A stretch of DNA of 64,000 nucleotides, taken from Rhizophagus irregularis (Eukaryota). Below, one piece after another: positions 34,761-47,885 of this stretch. A program made the position numbers and the translations under genes. Below the pieces are notes generated by a model. It was not told the DNA's origin. It saw only the letters and a list, made by a program, of their open reading frames with translations, and ran no database searches. Each line of letters begins with the position of its first letter. Within the stretch, counting starts at the first letter, position 1. The DNA lies in NCBI RefSeq assembly GCF_026210795.1, contig NC_089433.1, positions 5,580,001 through 5,644,000 of the forward strand. Reading direction: 5' to 3'.

Positions 34761-37700
34761 TTCATCTTCAAACATTACGGTATTTATCACAAAAATTAAA
34801 CTTAAACGATAATACAAAAAATAGTGATAAAATAAAATAGAAATTTGAGTTTCTTTAATATTGTGTTCAAACTGCTAAATAAATAAAAAAAATTTTTTTT
34901 TTAATTTTACCTTATGTTAAGACAAAAAAAACTTAATATAAAACCCGTTTTAACCCATTTAACATAGTCAACAACACATCTAACTTGTGGTAGGTCATTT
35001 TATAAGTTGTATGAATAGTTATAGTAAAAAGTTTTACTTATTTTTAAGCTTGTTTTTCTATTCTATTTCTTTCTTTTTTGTTATTTTTTTCTGAATAAAA
35101 TCTTGTTCTAACTTCTTTTTTTTCTTCTGTAGTTTCTTATTTACAAAGATGTTTTTGAAGATAAACATTGAAAGAAACTAAAATTGGCTTCTTTAATTAC
35201 TTATCGTTATCTATAGTAGAGGATTGTTTAAATAATTTTTAATTAGGATGGCAAAGCCTTAGCACGTAATATTACGGATGAAACAAAATCTGCCGATATG
35301 ATAGAGCTTTATAGTTAATAGTTAATAGTAAAGTAATGGCATTTTAAAAAATTTACTTGCAAGTTGCAAATGCAATAGTATCTATACAAATTTTGATGAC
35401 AGTAAACTATAAAGTATACTAATTGCAATTATAGATTTAGTGGAAGTTTAGTATTTGTCGAATTTGTTAAATGCAACTTTACAAATGTGAATTGTTGGTA
35501 TTGTTTTTTAATATAGTATACAAAATTATTTTAGATAATTATTCATTGCGATAAGAACCGTTTCAGAAATATAGATGTCTATTTTATTAATAAATAATTT
35601 GATTACATTACGATTCAAAAAAAATAAATAGATATTTAAACATTATAAACAATTATTTTTAAACGTCTGAGATGAAGCGATCAATATAATTTGAATATAA
35701 TAAATCTGGATGAACCAGATATAATTGAATTTACATCCAAATCGGGAGAATTCAGATTTAAATCTGAGAAGGTCAGATTCAAACCCTAGTAAAAATATGT
35801 TTTTCAGATTCGTTAAACGACATGATTAAAAGGATAAAAACTGATCGGTATTTATTTATATAAATAAAGTATGTGGTTACGATTTAAAATTATATGCCCG
35901 CTAATAGCAATTAACTTTATGACTACAATAATTGCAAAAGTAAGAAAAGTCATTAAATTATATTTTATATATTATCATATTTATTATATTAAATATGTTT
36001 ATTACAATGCTTTTAATAAATATCAATTAATTTTGTCATTATAACTAAAATAATTGCAATGACGAAAAAGTTATTAAATTATGCATTATGTATAATCATA
36101 ATTATATTCAATATAATTATTACAATGCCAGATGTAACTTTAATAAATATCATTTATTTTTGTGACTACAATAATTGCAAAGACAAGAAAAGTAGGATCC
36201 GAATAATACATAAAAGGTAACAATACGTAGTTTGCGTAAAATGAGCCTAAAATCGTGTAGATCATTGCTTTTTTTAGATACTTCTGACCAGCATTACATA
36301 GTGCTGGCCCTGAAGAGATGCGTACAGCTATTAGTAAATTTGTTATTACCTATATATATTGCTCGGGGTCCTAGAAAAGTAATGAAATTATGTATAATCG
36401 TTATCGTAATTAAATTATTACAATGCAATTGTAACTTCAATAAATAGTAATTAACTTTATCGTTATGACTACAATAATTGCAAAGACAAGTAAGGTTGTT
36501 AATTATGTAATCATTAATATATACTATGTGTTTATTGTTAAATAATTTTATCACGCATCACTAGTTTATTAACAAATCAATGCTTACTATTTCAGATTAA
36601 ATATTATATTTTTTATTTGAGTTGGATCATTTTGAATTGCAAGAAGTTTATAATGTGGCTACAATTTCTTTACTGATTAGAATCGCTTGTATTCATCAGA
36701 ATACATACACAATTTTTATTACACATTAGTATCGTGCAAAACAAATATTTATTAAAATTAAACAAATACCGTGTGCTTGCAATAACTAATTATCGTATAA
36801 TAAAACTCAAATTTGTATTAAGTTATTAAAAATTGCAAAAATGTTTGTATTAAAGACTTAAAGTACCACATTGGCGCATTAAATTTTGTTGATGCTTAAT
36901 TTAAATAATAAATAATTAATTTTTTGAAATAAAAGTATGTACTTAACTTTTGATTTACTCATTCCATTTGAAACTTAACTTTGTCTTTTGCGATCCAAAT
37001 TATATAAAATATTTTTGTAATCAATTTCAATCATAACAAGGAATTTGCATTCTAAGTAATGAATGTAGTCTGATAATAATACTCAAAAAATGTCTAAAAA
37101 AAATTTTATAATTTGACAATTATGCTAAAAAATTAAAGATATAGTGAAAAAAAATATAATAATACCATTTTCGAATTTAAATTTTAATTTAGTTTATTAG
37201 TTTTTGTTAATTCATTAATATAAATAATAATCAATCGGACATTCGGAAAGTGTATTATATAAATAAATAAAAAACAATAAACAGCAAAAATAACAATTAC
37301 TTATTATTTGTTACTCATTCTTTTCAATTACTTTTGTTCATTATGTATTTAAACTTATTTAATTTCAAAAATGCAGACATACATTAAATAAACAATAACA
37401 ATAAAAAAAAAATAAAAATGCCATAAATGTTGAAAAGTAATCAATAATTTAATTTAATGCTTAATAAAGTAAAGTGTTAAGTATCTGAGACAAGCGGTTG
37501 TGCTGTCTACAAAGAGAAGGAAAAAAAGCTAGCAAAATTTATTTACAAATAACAAAAATAGCTGTTTCATGATCATAATAAAGATATTAAATTTTTATAT
37601 TAATTCAACTCTTTTTTTTTTAATTTGAAAAAGTTGCATACGAGATTTTTTTAGCAATTAAATTTATGAGTTGTACAAAAGGTGTGTCAATTCGCACTAT

Positions 37701-38080
37701 TGCCAATTGACGCTTAAAATCAACTTTAAAATCTTAGTTGCATTTATTTTAAAGTTTTGAATTTGTATACTTTCTTTAATTAATTGTTGCCAATCTGTTG
37801 GCCAAAATATTTATTTATTTAAATAAAGTAAATCATAAACCTCTAAAATTTTATTTTAGTAATTATATGACTTATTTATTATGATAATTACTAATAAAAA
37901 AGAATTGGCTACGTTCAATTCCAAATTACATTTAGCGTTGTACTATTACCTGAAAGATTTAAAAAGTACCATATTATACAAAAGAAAATACATTAACTAA
38001 TGTATTATTATTCAGTTAATATTGATAATACAGTATTATAAAAAATTCTTTATATATCAGTTAATTAAGGCTATTAATCC

Positions 38081-38479
38081 ATGATAAAATTTTTCATTAA
38101 AATGGAAAAAGTATCGAATCTGAATGAACAATTATTAAGTGATAAATCAAATGTAATCAAAGGTCTATATATCTCAACAGATGGAACAAAAAAATCCCGT
38201 TATATTATCGGAACATTTAATGATCTTAGTACACTTTTAGCAGGAAATAAAATTCGCAAATGTACTATAGAATATCTAAACGGAAGTTATAAACTTTTAT
38301 ATGATTCGCAATCAAAAGAATCACAAAACGAATATTTAGCTCGCTATGTTGATAACACAAATGTTAATGGGCCTGTCATTATAATAAACGAAGAAAGAGA
38401 TTTGAAAGATACAGAGCATAAAACGTTGGGAAAAACTGCATTAAAAAATGTAGATTGGATTGGCTTTACATTAGATTAA
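38081..38479 (+). CDS. Intronless hypothetical protein, possibly DUF3846-like
   Basis: Intact 132-aa ORF with a degenerate tandem paralog immediately downstream. Confidence 0.65.
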   Translation: MIKFFIKMEKVSNLNEQLLSDKSNVIKGLYISTDGTKKSRYIIGTFNDLSTLLAGNKIRKCTIEYLNGSYKLLYDSQSKESQNEYLARYVDNTNVNGPVIIINEERDLKDTEHKTLGKTALKNVDWIGFTLD

Positions 38480-38839
38480 TTACAAAAAGTTAAATACTTT
38501 TAATGTATAATCATTTTCATTATTATATTAAGAAAGCGGTTAATAGGTCAAATCGTGTATCAAAATTTTTTTGCTCATTAAAATATTGAGATTGTTTTAT
38601 ATTCGATTGAAAATTTAGAATATTTTAGTAGTTATTTCATTTTGTGATTGGGTTTTCATGCAATATATTGGTTTTTAATAATACATAGAAATAATAATTA
38701 ATAAAATAAATTAATATGCATATATATAATAAACTGAATTTGTGATATTTTAAAGATGCTATCAACGTTGATTCATCATTAAAACTTGGCTTGTTTAATA
38801 TTTGATATCAATTCAAGCGGTTTATCACATAGTTCTGTA

Positions 38840-39116
38840 TCCGTATCGAACATAGGTGACTACTCAACAAACCGTCATCATTATTATACGATACTTTATA
38901 CCTTTTAAAAAAAATTCTGAAAAGATTCCGATAAATGATCATTTTTCTAGTTTTCATTCCAAAAAAACTCAGACATGAAATATGTTGATAACACGCTCAT
39001 TGATGGGTTCATAATTATTATAAATGATAAAAAAGATTTGAAAATTACTGATCACAAAACGTTAGGCGAAAAAGCATTCAAGAATGTGAAGTGGATTGGC
39101 TTTACAAAAGATTAAT
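38840..39116 (+). pseudogene. Degenerate paralog of 38081-38479
   Basis: KYVDNTLIDGFIIIINDKKDLKITDHKTLGEKAFKNVKWIGFTKD* vs RYVDNTNVNGPVIIINEERDLKDTEHKTLGKTALKNVDWIGFTLD*. Confidence 0.75.
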
Positions 39117-39985
39117 AGGCTATCCCAGATTTCCAGTAACATTAAACGAATTGTGTAACTATGTAAATATCACCATAGTTATAAAGAAAATTTTAAATTG
39201 ACAGTAAAAACAATTTTTTTCTTTAAACTAACCTTTGTTTTAAATATGGAATTAATAATTATCAAACGTAATTTGTATAATTTTTATAAGAATAAAATTG
39301 GAATTGTTATGTGTTGAACACATCATGATGAATGTTGTAGCATAGCTTCATTAAACATATCCAACTGAATCGTTCGTAAATTTAGAAAAATTGTCAGTTA
39401 ATTTATTTGTCCTACTTTTCAAAAATTATTGAAAGAAAAATATATTGTATGAATCGCTAGTGCAATTATTTTCAATTTATTATCTAATAAACAATTTGTC
39501 ACGCTTTATAAGGATGGATGTTCAGGACTGTTGGCGCAAAACTCATGAAATTATGAAGAATTTAATTGGTTTCTTCGTTATAACAAGAGTTGTGAATAGT
39601 TAAATGTCACGTGAGAGTAAAAATTCGTTATTTTGCGAGTTCGTTATATCGAAAGCTGACTGTATGGTTTATTTTCAGATTATATATATAATTTTTTACA
39701 TCAAAAACAGACCATAACTTATTGATCACAATCGTTGCATAATCGATAATTTATTATTATTATTTTTTTTTTGATGCATCGCATAATATATTAGCAAAAT
39801 ATAAAAGCTCGAGATAAAGACATAACATTTTCTCTTTATATTGATATAAAGCTAAAACAAATCCCATCTCGTAAGAGTAACAGAATTATATCAATGGTGA
39901 TACTGGATATGTTAACTTTCTATATATACAGTATATCTATCATAAATCCTTTAAATTTGAAAATTATATTTCAAGAAACTCTGAA

Positions 39986-41027
39986 TCAATCAGTGTTTTC
40001 GCTTTTAATTTCAGAATATTTATCTTGATTATTATCCGCTTCTGCTTCACTAGATTTATCTGAGGTCAGAGCTAAAATTGATAAAAGTAAATTATTAAAT
40101 ATGTTATTTAAACAAAAAGCAATATTATTATAATTGTGATTACCAAGGTATAATCTTTTGTTGCTTTTTGACATATTTTCTCTAAAATTCTTTAAAGATT
40201 TTTCCTAAATCACAACATCAAATTACGAATTATAAAAATATTTAAATATATTTTAAGCTAGTAAAAATTTATATAATTACCTGACAGGTAGCAATTTTTA
40301 ATTTACTTGCAGAATCAGCGTTTAATAAAATCCAATTATCTTCATTAACGGAAGGAAAAGAACGGGTAATTAAATCATTAATAGCTTCAGAAGTATTTTC
40401 ATTAAATAATACATTTTCTATAATGAATCCATTATCTCTCATTTCAATCCAAGCTGAAGTATTTTCTCTTGGAGCTGAATTATTTTCCCAACTTCTTTGT
40501 GTAAACAATATTATGTGATTAAGATAAAGTGAAACGTTAGCAGGTCGACCTCTAGAAGCAACTATACTAGGTGAATTGTGATTCTGAAATTTTGACTGAT
40601 TTCTTTTCCTCTTTTTAGTAATCGGCATATGTCTATTTTTAATGGCTTCTTCTCTTAACCTAGAATCTCCAGAATTATTAATACTTGATGTTAATAAGTA
40701 TGATGGCAAATTACTTTCAATATTAATTGAGCCAGGAACGATACTTGGTGAGGTATTCTTGTGAAATGCAGTAAAATGATCACAATATTTGCATTTCAAT
40801 TCGTTATTAGGATTAGCTAAAAAAGCTTGACATCCACAGAAAACTCCATCTTTTTGACAAGCTCCTAATAATGGCGTTGAAGTATTGTGAAGTGCAGGAG
40901 AAAAACCGGTATGAAACGCATTATAATGATGGCAATAATAACATTTCTCTGGATTATTCTCATCTTCTTTATAAGTTTGACAACCACAATATTTATTGTT
41001 AAAATTACAAACACCAAGTAGGAACAT
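39986..41027 (-). CDS. Cys/His-rich tandem zinc-module protein, paralog B (exons 41027-40281, 40204-40144, 40071-39986)
   Basis: Same two Cys/His modules, the SAPR.NTS.W..M...G.IIE.V.FN motif and the same two introns as paralog A. Confidence 0.85.
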
Positions 41028-41854
41028 TTTTCCTTAAACAAAAGAAAAAAAGAAAGAAATTCTTTGTACAATCGTTTGTTAAAGATATATTTATACTTTT
41101 AAGTAATAAATACGCATTCAGCAGATTGCAAAACTGTTAATAATGGTGGCATGGTCCGAAATATGGATTGGCGCAGTGGAAATCTGAATTGCAAATGCAT
41201 ACTGAATTGCCTTAATTGCAAACATTCCTTGTGAAAATGGAAAAACTTGTTTATTTAAAACCATATAAATTAGCTTTCATATGTTTTAGAAAAAGATGGT
41301 ACATTTAAGACAATAATGATGAGGGCAAAAGACTTAGAAAACGTCTGATTAGTGCTTCACTTACTGAATTGACGCGTCTCTTAATCAACTACTAAAAAGC
41401 AATTATGAAGCTAATCTTCTATTGACCTCAAATTAGAAACATTTGGTGATTAGAGCTCTGAACGGGTCAGGTAGGGTCAGGTAATTGACTTAACCCGACC
41501 TGTCTCATTTTTTTCAGATCGGATTAAGTGTCAACCCAAATATAAAAATAACTTGACCTGACCCGATCCAACCTGACCTGATTTTTATTAAAAAAATTTT
41601 TTTTTTTTGACCTTGCTGTTATTATATTTTATGTTGTATTTTATTACTAAATAAAAAAACCATAGAAATCATTTATGATATATAAAATGATATCAATAAC
41701 AATGCTAATTAGTTAAATTTTATACAACTGGAAAAATTTTATTATTAATAACTGTAAATTTTAATTCCCCCCTCACACACATACTACGGCCTGTTCAGCT
41801 TTCTGAGTTATCCCAAGGCCATTTTCTAAAAATTAAAAAGAAAGAAAACGTTAA

Positions 41855-44800
41855 CACAGGTCGAACAGATGTCATTGTCGCAAAATTTGCCTGGAATTTT
41901 TCTGGCAAATTGAGAATTATCCCAGTAAATTAGGGTAAATTGTGTTACAATTTTGGGATAATGTAGGTCTTACAATTTGGCAAATTTTGTCAAAATGGCG
42001 GAATTCCTACAAATGTTCCAATTCAAATGTTGAGAAATTTTTCAGTAAATTATCATTAAATTGTGGGAAATTTTAGGCAAATCTTTAGTAATGATATGCA
42101 AACGAAGTGCAAATTGTGGTGAATTTAGTTAAATTTTTAGTAATTTTATGCAAACGTAATGTAAATTGTGGTGAATTTTAGGCAAATTTTTAGTAATGCT
42201 ATGCAAACGAAGTGCAAATTGTGGTGAATTTTGTTAAATTTTTAGTAATTTTATGTAAACGTAATGCAAATTGTGGTGAATTTAGTTAAATTTTTAGTAA
42301 TTTTATGTAAACGTAATGCAAATTGTGGTAAATTATAGTGAATTTTTAGTAATTTCATGCAAAAGTAATGCAAATTGTGGTAAATTGTAGTGTATTTTTA
42401 GTAATGTTATATAAATTGTTGAAAATTTAGGTGAATTTTTCAGCAATGTTGTGCAAACGTAATACAAATTGTGGTAAATTTTGCATTTTTTCGGTAAATG
42501 TTAGCTAAACTTTTGATAATTTAGTGAAATTTAGGATAATTTCGGACAATTGAGTGAAAATGTTTTACTGATTTTGGACAATTGAGTGTAAACGGTATAA
42601 ATGCAACATTTTCGGAGATAATTTAGTGAAATTTTGGACAATTGAGTGAAATTTAGTAATAATTTTAAACAATTTAGTGTAAACGCCATGACAATTTAAA
42701 ACACTGTTTTAATAATTTCATATAATTTATTATAATTTTATTTATTAATAAATGTACAATTATTATTATTTAACGATAATCTATGGATAATCTGCACCTC
42801 TAATTCATTCATGTATCAAATGTCCAGTGCCAAAGTAGAAGCCGGTGTAAACCTAAAAAAAAAAGAAAAAAACGAAGCGTTAATAAACATTTCGTTGAAA
42901 AAATCAAAATAAAGAAACATTTCGAAGTATATACCTTCGAACTGTTAAATTCCATATGTTCAAGGACCATTGAACCTAAAAAATAAAAAAATGAAACATT
43001 AATATACGTTTCGTTGAAAAAATAAAAAAAATAAAAAAATGAAACATTAATATACGTTTCGTTGAAAAAATCAAAATAAAGAAACATTTCGAAGTATATA
43101 CCTTCGAAATGTTAAATTCCATACGTTCAAGGACCGTTGAACCTAAAAAATAAAAAAATGAAACATTAATATACGTTTCGTTGAAAAAATCAAATTAAAG
43201 AAACATTTCGAAATATATACCTTTCGAAATGTTAAATTCCATATGTACAAAGACCGCTGAACCTAAAAAATAAAAAAAAAATGAAACGTTAATATACGTT
43301 TCGTTAAAAAAAATCAAAATAAAAAAAATATTTCGAAGTATACCTTCAAAATATTGAATTCCGGTTTGTCCAATGAGCCGCTGAACCTAAAAAAATATAA
43401 AAAAAAATGAAACATTAATATACGTTTCGTTGAAAAATAAAAAAAATATTTTGAAGTATACCTTCGAAATGTTTCCCTTTTCCCTTTCGTTTCACCCTTC
43501 CCTTTCATCTTCTCCTTCACCTTTCGTTTTCGTTCTCAACTTTCTCTTTCGTTTTCTCCTTTCCCTTAAAGAAACAAAGAAAAAAGAAAAAAATTTTAAT
43601 AAATATAAACAAAATAACGAAATTTCTCTAATTCCCTTTACCTTATTACCTTCCACCCAAAGCCTGGTTCGTGAATTCGTTCCGGCGTTCCTACAATAAA
43701 AGAAAAAAAAATAACGTTTAAAACGTTACTAAAAAAAGCACTAAACTCCCCTCTACCCTATTACCTTTCACACAAACAAAGTCCGGTTCGTAATTTCGTC
43801 CGGAGTTCCTACAAAAAGAAGAAAGAAATGTTAGAAACGTTTCCTTACAAAAAATAATTAAAAAAAAAATTTTTTTTTTTAAAGTTTTGAAGCGAAACGC
43901 TTCGAAACTTACCACATTTTACCGATTCGGAATATTGGAGCACGGACCTATAAAAAAAAAAGAAAAAGAAATGTTAAAACGTTTCTAAAAAATTAAAAAA
44001 GAAAGAACTCTTCAAACTTTTTCTCCCAAATACCTTCAAGTCCGGTTCGTAAAAATTCATCTGGCAATTCCTACAAAAAAAACAAAAAATAAAAAAAAGA
44101 AACGTTAAGAACGTTTCTAAAATGCAAAAAAAATTGAATTATCTCTCTTTCTTTCTTTAATTATCCAAAGACCTTTCGTCCGGCGTTCCTATAAAAGAAA
44201 AAAGAAACGTTAGAACGTTTCTTAGTAAAAAATAAAATAAAATCAAGTTTCGCAGCGAGACGCTGCGAAACTTACCATATTTTATCGATTTAGAATATTG
44301 GAGCACAGAACCTACAAAAAAAGAACATTAGAAAGTTCCTTTAAAAATCAAAAAAAATAAAAATAAAGTTTCGTAACGAAATATTCGTTACGAAACTTAC
44401 CATTTCGCCGTTTCGGATCCTTGGAATACCAAAACCTACAAAAAAGAATAAAGAACGTTAGTATTTAGTAACGTTCCTTTTAAAAATAAAAAAAAAGAAT
44501 CGAAGTTTCAAAACGAAACTTTGAAACCTAACCGAAATCCAAGATCGGAAGGAATCCAGAGTGTATCTACAAAAAAAGAAGAAACATTAGCTAACGTTTC
44601 TTAAAAAAATTTAATAAAATTAAGTTTCGCAACGCAACGTTGCAAAACTTACCGGTTCGTTTCGATTCCATCATCCAAACGTCTGGCGTTTCTACATAAA
44701 GAAAAAGGAAACTTAGAAACGTTTCTTTACAAAAATTAAAAAAAAAAAATTAAAAAGTTTCAAAGCGAAACGCTTCAAAACTTACCATTTTCGTTTCCTC

Positions 44801-46789
44801 GTTTCCTAAGTCAAAAATACTGAAAGACTTAAAAAAAAAATAAAGGATCATTAAAAAAAATGATCCTTATAAAAGTAAAAAAAAAAAATTTATTTTAAAG
44901 TTTCGAAGCGAAACGCTTCAAAACTTACCATAATTTCAGTTCGTTTCCCAAAGTAAAAACATCGAAAATCCTACAAAAAAGAAAGAAAGGAAACGTTAGA
45001 AACGTTTTCTTGCAACAAAGATTAAAAAAAAAAAAAAATTAAAAAAGTTTCGAAGCGTTTCGCTTCGAAACTTACCATAGTTTTTCTGAAAGACGGTTCC
45101 GGGAAAGAGAAAGGGAAAGGGGGAAGGAGTGGGGATCGAAAAGAGAAGGGAAAGGGCGGAGGGGAGAAGGGGAGAAAAGAGGGAAGGTGAAGGTGAGAGA
45201 AAGAGGGAAGGAGAAAAAAGAGGGAAGGGGAAGGTGAGAGAAAGTAGAAAGGTGAAGGTGAAAGAAAGAGGGAACGGGAAGGTGAGAGAAAGAGGAAAGG
45301 GGAAGGTGAAAGAAAGAGGGAAGGGGAAGGTGAGAGAAAGAGGGGAAGGAGAAGGGCGAAAGAAAAGAGAGGTAAAGGTGAGAAAAAAAAAATTAAGCTT
45401 TTGCTAAAAAAGCTTAATTTTTTTTTCGTTATACTGCAGCCGAAGCTGCGGTAATTATTAAGTAATATCACGTGACGCACGTGATATATAATTTTATATA
45501 AATAGGGGCTTTCCCCCGCCCCAGAAATTTTTTTTTTTTATTTTAATAATTTTAAATAGATGTATATATATGCTTATATATACATATATATATATCTATT
45601 AACTAATACTTTACGAAAAGCCCTCCTCTGTAAACAGGTAGAGGCCATAAAGTACCTATAGGGGGAGAGCCATTGCTGCTCCCTCCGCCTGTTTATAGTG
45701 ACAAAAAGAGGGAGTCTTCAGTAGTAAGGTTTAGTACTAAATTAAACATCACAACACATCGTGTTGATACATTGTTTATATTAACAATGTGATTTAATGT
45801 TAAATAATTCATTTAGAATATAAATATTATAAATTTAATAATGTTCGTAATTTACAAATAAATAAAAATAAAAATTAACAATTTTAATGTAATTAAGTGT
45901 AATGCTACGTTATCCAGTGTAATTGTAGTATTTTTTTTGTGTTTTTTAGCGCAATTCCGTGTTTTTTAGTGCAATTCCGCATTTTTTAGTGCAATTTCAC
46001 ATTTTCCAGTATAACGCAAAATTTTCTAAAAAATATAATAATTGTGGTACTTTTTAGTGTAATGCTACATTGTCTAGTGTAATTGTGGTATTTTTTAGTG
46101 CAATGCCGCATAATTTAGTATAGTGCTACATTTTTTAGTATAATTTAATGTAATGTGGAATTTTCCAAAAAATGTGATAATTGTAATGCTTTTTAGTGTA
46201 ATTTGGTGAAATGCTACATTTTCCAGTGTAATGCCATATTATTGAGCATTTTCAAAAAAAAATGTAACATTTTAATATTCTGACAAAAGTGAAACATTTG
46301 ACCAAAAAAACATAAAATTTGCTGAAAATATGCAACATTTGACAGAAAATATAGAATTTTCATAAAAAATATACCATTTGCCAGAAAATTGGAATATTTG
46401 ACAAAATTTGATTTTAATTGACAATGTTACAACAATTTTATGAAATGTTGTTACAATGATGTCACATTGGAGATAAAATGCAGCATTTTCATAAAAATGC
46501 ACCATTTGCAAGAAAATTGGAACATTTGACAGAAAAAAAGCAAAATTTGATTTTAATGACAATGTTATAACAATGTCATAACAATGTTACGAAATGTTAC
46601 ATTTGAGGTGTAATGTAGCATTTTCCCAAAATTTCATAAGATTTGCTAAATCGGACAATGTTGTAACAATGCTATTCCAAAAAATTGCTCAGCGTAATGT
46701 AGCATTTTCCACAATTTCCCACCATTTTCCAGGAAAATGGGGAATTTGCATTTTTTGAATTTTGGACAATGGTGCCCCTTCGACCTGTG
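41855..46789 (-). mobile_element. Non-autonomous CACTA/CMC-like element (CACAG ends, TAA TSD) nested in hAT 3
   Basis: taa|cacaggtcgaacagatgtcattgtc ... gacaatggtgccccttcgacctgtg|taa. Degenerate subterminal repeats at 41880-42700 and 45890-46760. Confidence 0.88.
42845..45390 (-). repeat. Micro-exon/intron-like array C (~18 units, variable exons)
   Basis: On +: cttac[34-42 nt]ctacaaaa recurs with gttag (branch point, rc ctaac). CT-rich leader on the minus strand at 45100-45390. Confidence 0.85.
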
Positions 46790-46932
46790 TAATAAATGTT
46801 CCTTAAAAAAAATTATCAAATCTCTCTTTCTAATACACATACCGTGGCCTGTTCATTATCTAAAGGCCGTTCCTAAAAAAAAATTATCAAACCCCCTTCT
46901 CTAATGCACATACTGTCATCTAAAGGCCGTTC

Positions 46933-47180
46933 CTATACTTCATCTGATAACAAATCTAATGATAGTGACGATAGCGAACTGAAAGTGATAAAGAAAAAGG
47001 GGAGATAAAGGCACGCTATCCTATCATATGAATCACGATGAAGAACACATAATATCCAACAAAGTGACGAATAACAATTCAAATTATCAAACCGCTGACA
47101 TCCCACATGAAGAATCTATAGGCAAAACTGGTCGTTTATTTGTTAGGAATTTACCTTACATTTGTACAGAATACGATTTA
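46933..47180 (+). pseudogene. MRD1: Captured fragment of an MRD1/RBM19-like RNA-binding gene (linker plus start of an RRM)
   Basis: HEESIGKTGRLFVRNLPYICTEYDL matches from memory the Mrd1/RBM19 RRM3 start (GRLFVRNLPY..TEEDL). It ends abruptly at the array repeat. Confidence 0.7.
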
Positions 47181-47885
47181 CTAAAAAAAAAAATAAAGAA
47201 AATGTTAATAACGTTCAGTTTATTAACATTTCTAAACGCAAAAATCCCCTATTACAACTTACCTAAGGTCTTCAAGGCCGTTCTATACAAATAAATAAAA
47301 GGAAACATTAAGAATGTTCAGTTTATTTACATTTCTTTAAATAATAACACAAAAATCCCTTTATTACAACTTACCCAAGCTCCAAAGCTGTTCCCTATAA
47401 AAATAAAACAAAAAAGAAACGTTAATAATGTTTATTAACATTTCTTTAAGTAAATGGTGTAAAACTTCCTCCATTACAACTTACCCAAGGTATAACTTGC
47501 CATTAAAAAAAAATTAGCAGTTAATCATACGACTGATACTGAAACTGCAGTTATTACCGAAACTGATCAGAGTCTGATTTTTTTTGGTCGGGTCAGATCA
47601 GGTACCCGACTCGACCTGAATATTTTTGTATAATTTCAAAGTGGCTTATGAGAATTTTAATAATAATAACGAAGTTTTTTTGCAAGTTGCAACTGATAAA
47701 AATAAAGATTATATATTTTTATTTAATTACTTAAAAGAGCTGTTTATTTATATAAACGGTAATGTGCTAGGTTTCAAAATTAACAATACAGTTATTTATA
47801 AAATCTGCCGGGATATGTAGTAATTACAATATTAATGCAATATGACAATTTATTAGTAAGTTTTGGCGTACTGCGTACATATATA

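Larger units (their letters stand above)
41765..47500 (-). repeat. Micro-exon/intron-like array E of hAT 3 (41765-41854 plus 46790-47500), interrupted by the CACAG element
   Basis: Units on +: catac/cttac...aaggccgttc-ctaaaa..aaacgttaataatgtt, about 6 units. Confidence 0.65.

Noticed and set aside
39570..39664. pogo/Tigger-like end (ttcgttat repeats, ...gactg|ta)
   Set aside because: No partner end found; remnant only.
43880..45080. CRISPR call for the GTTTCG...CGAAAC palindromic repeats
   Set aside because: The repeats are embedded in GT-AG intron-like units with branch points and poly-T tracts, and no cas genes are present.
45022..45480. ORFs 45022-45480 and 45129-45407
   Set aside because: Translations of a low-complexity purine/pyrimidine tract.
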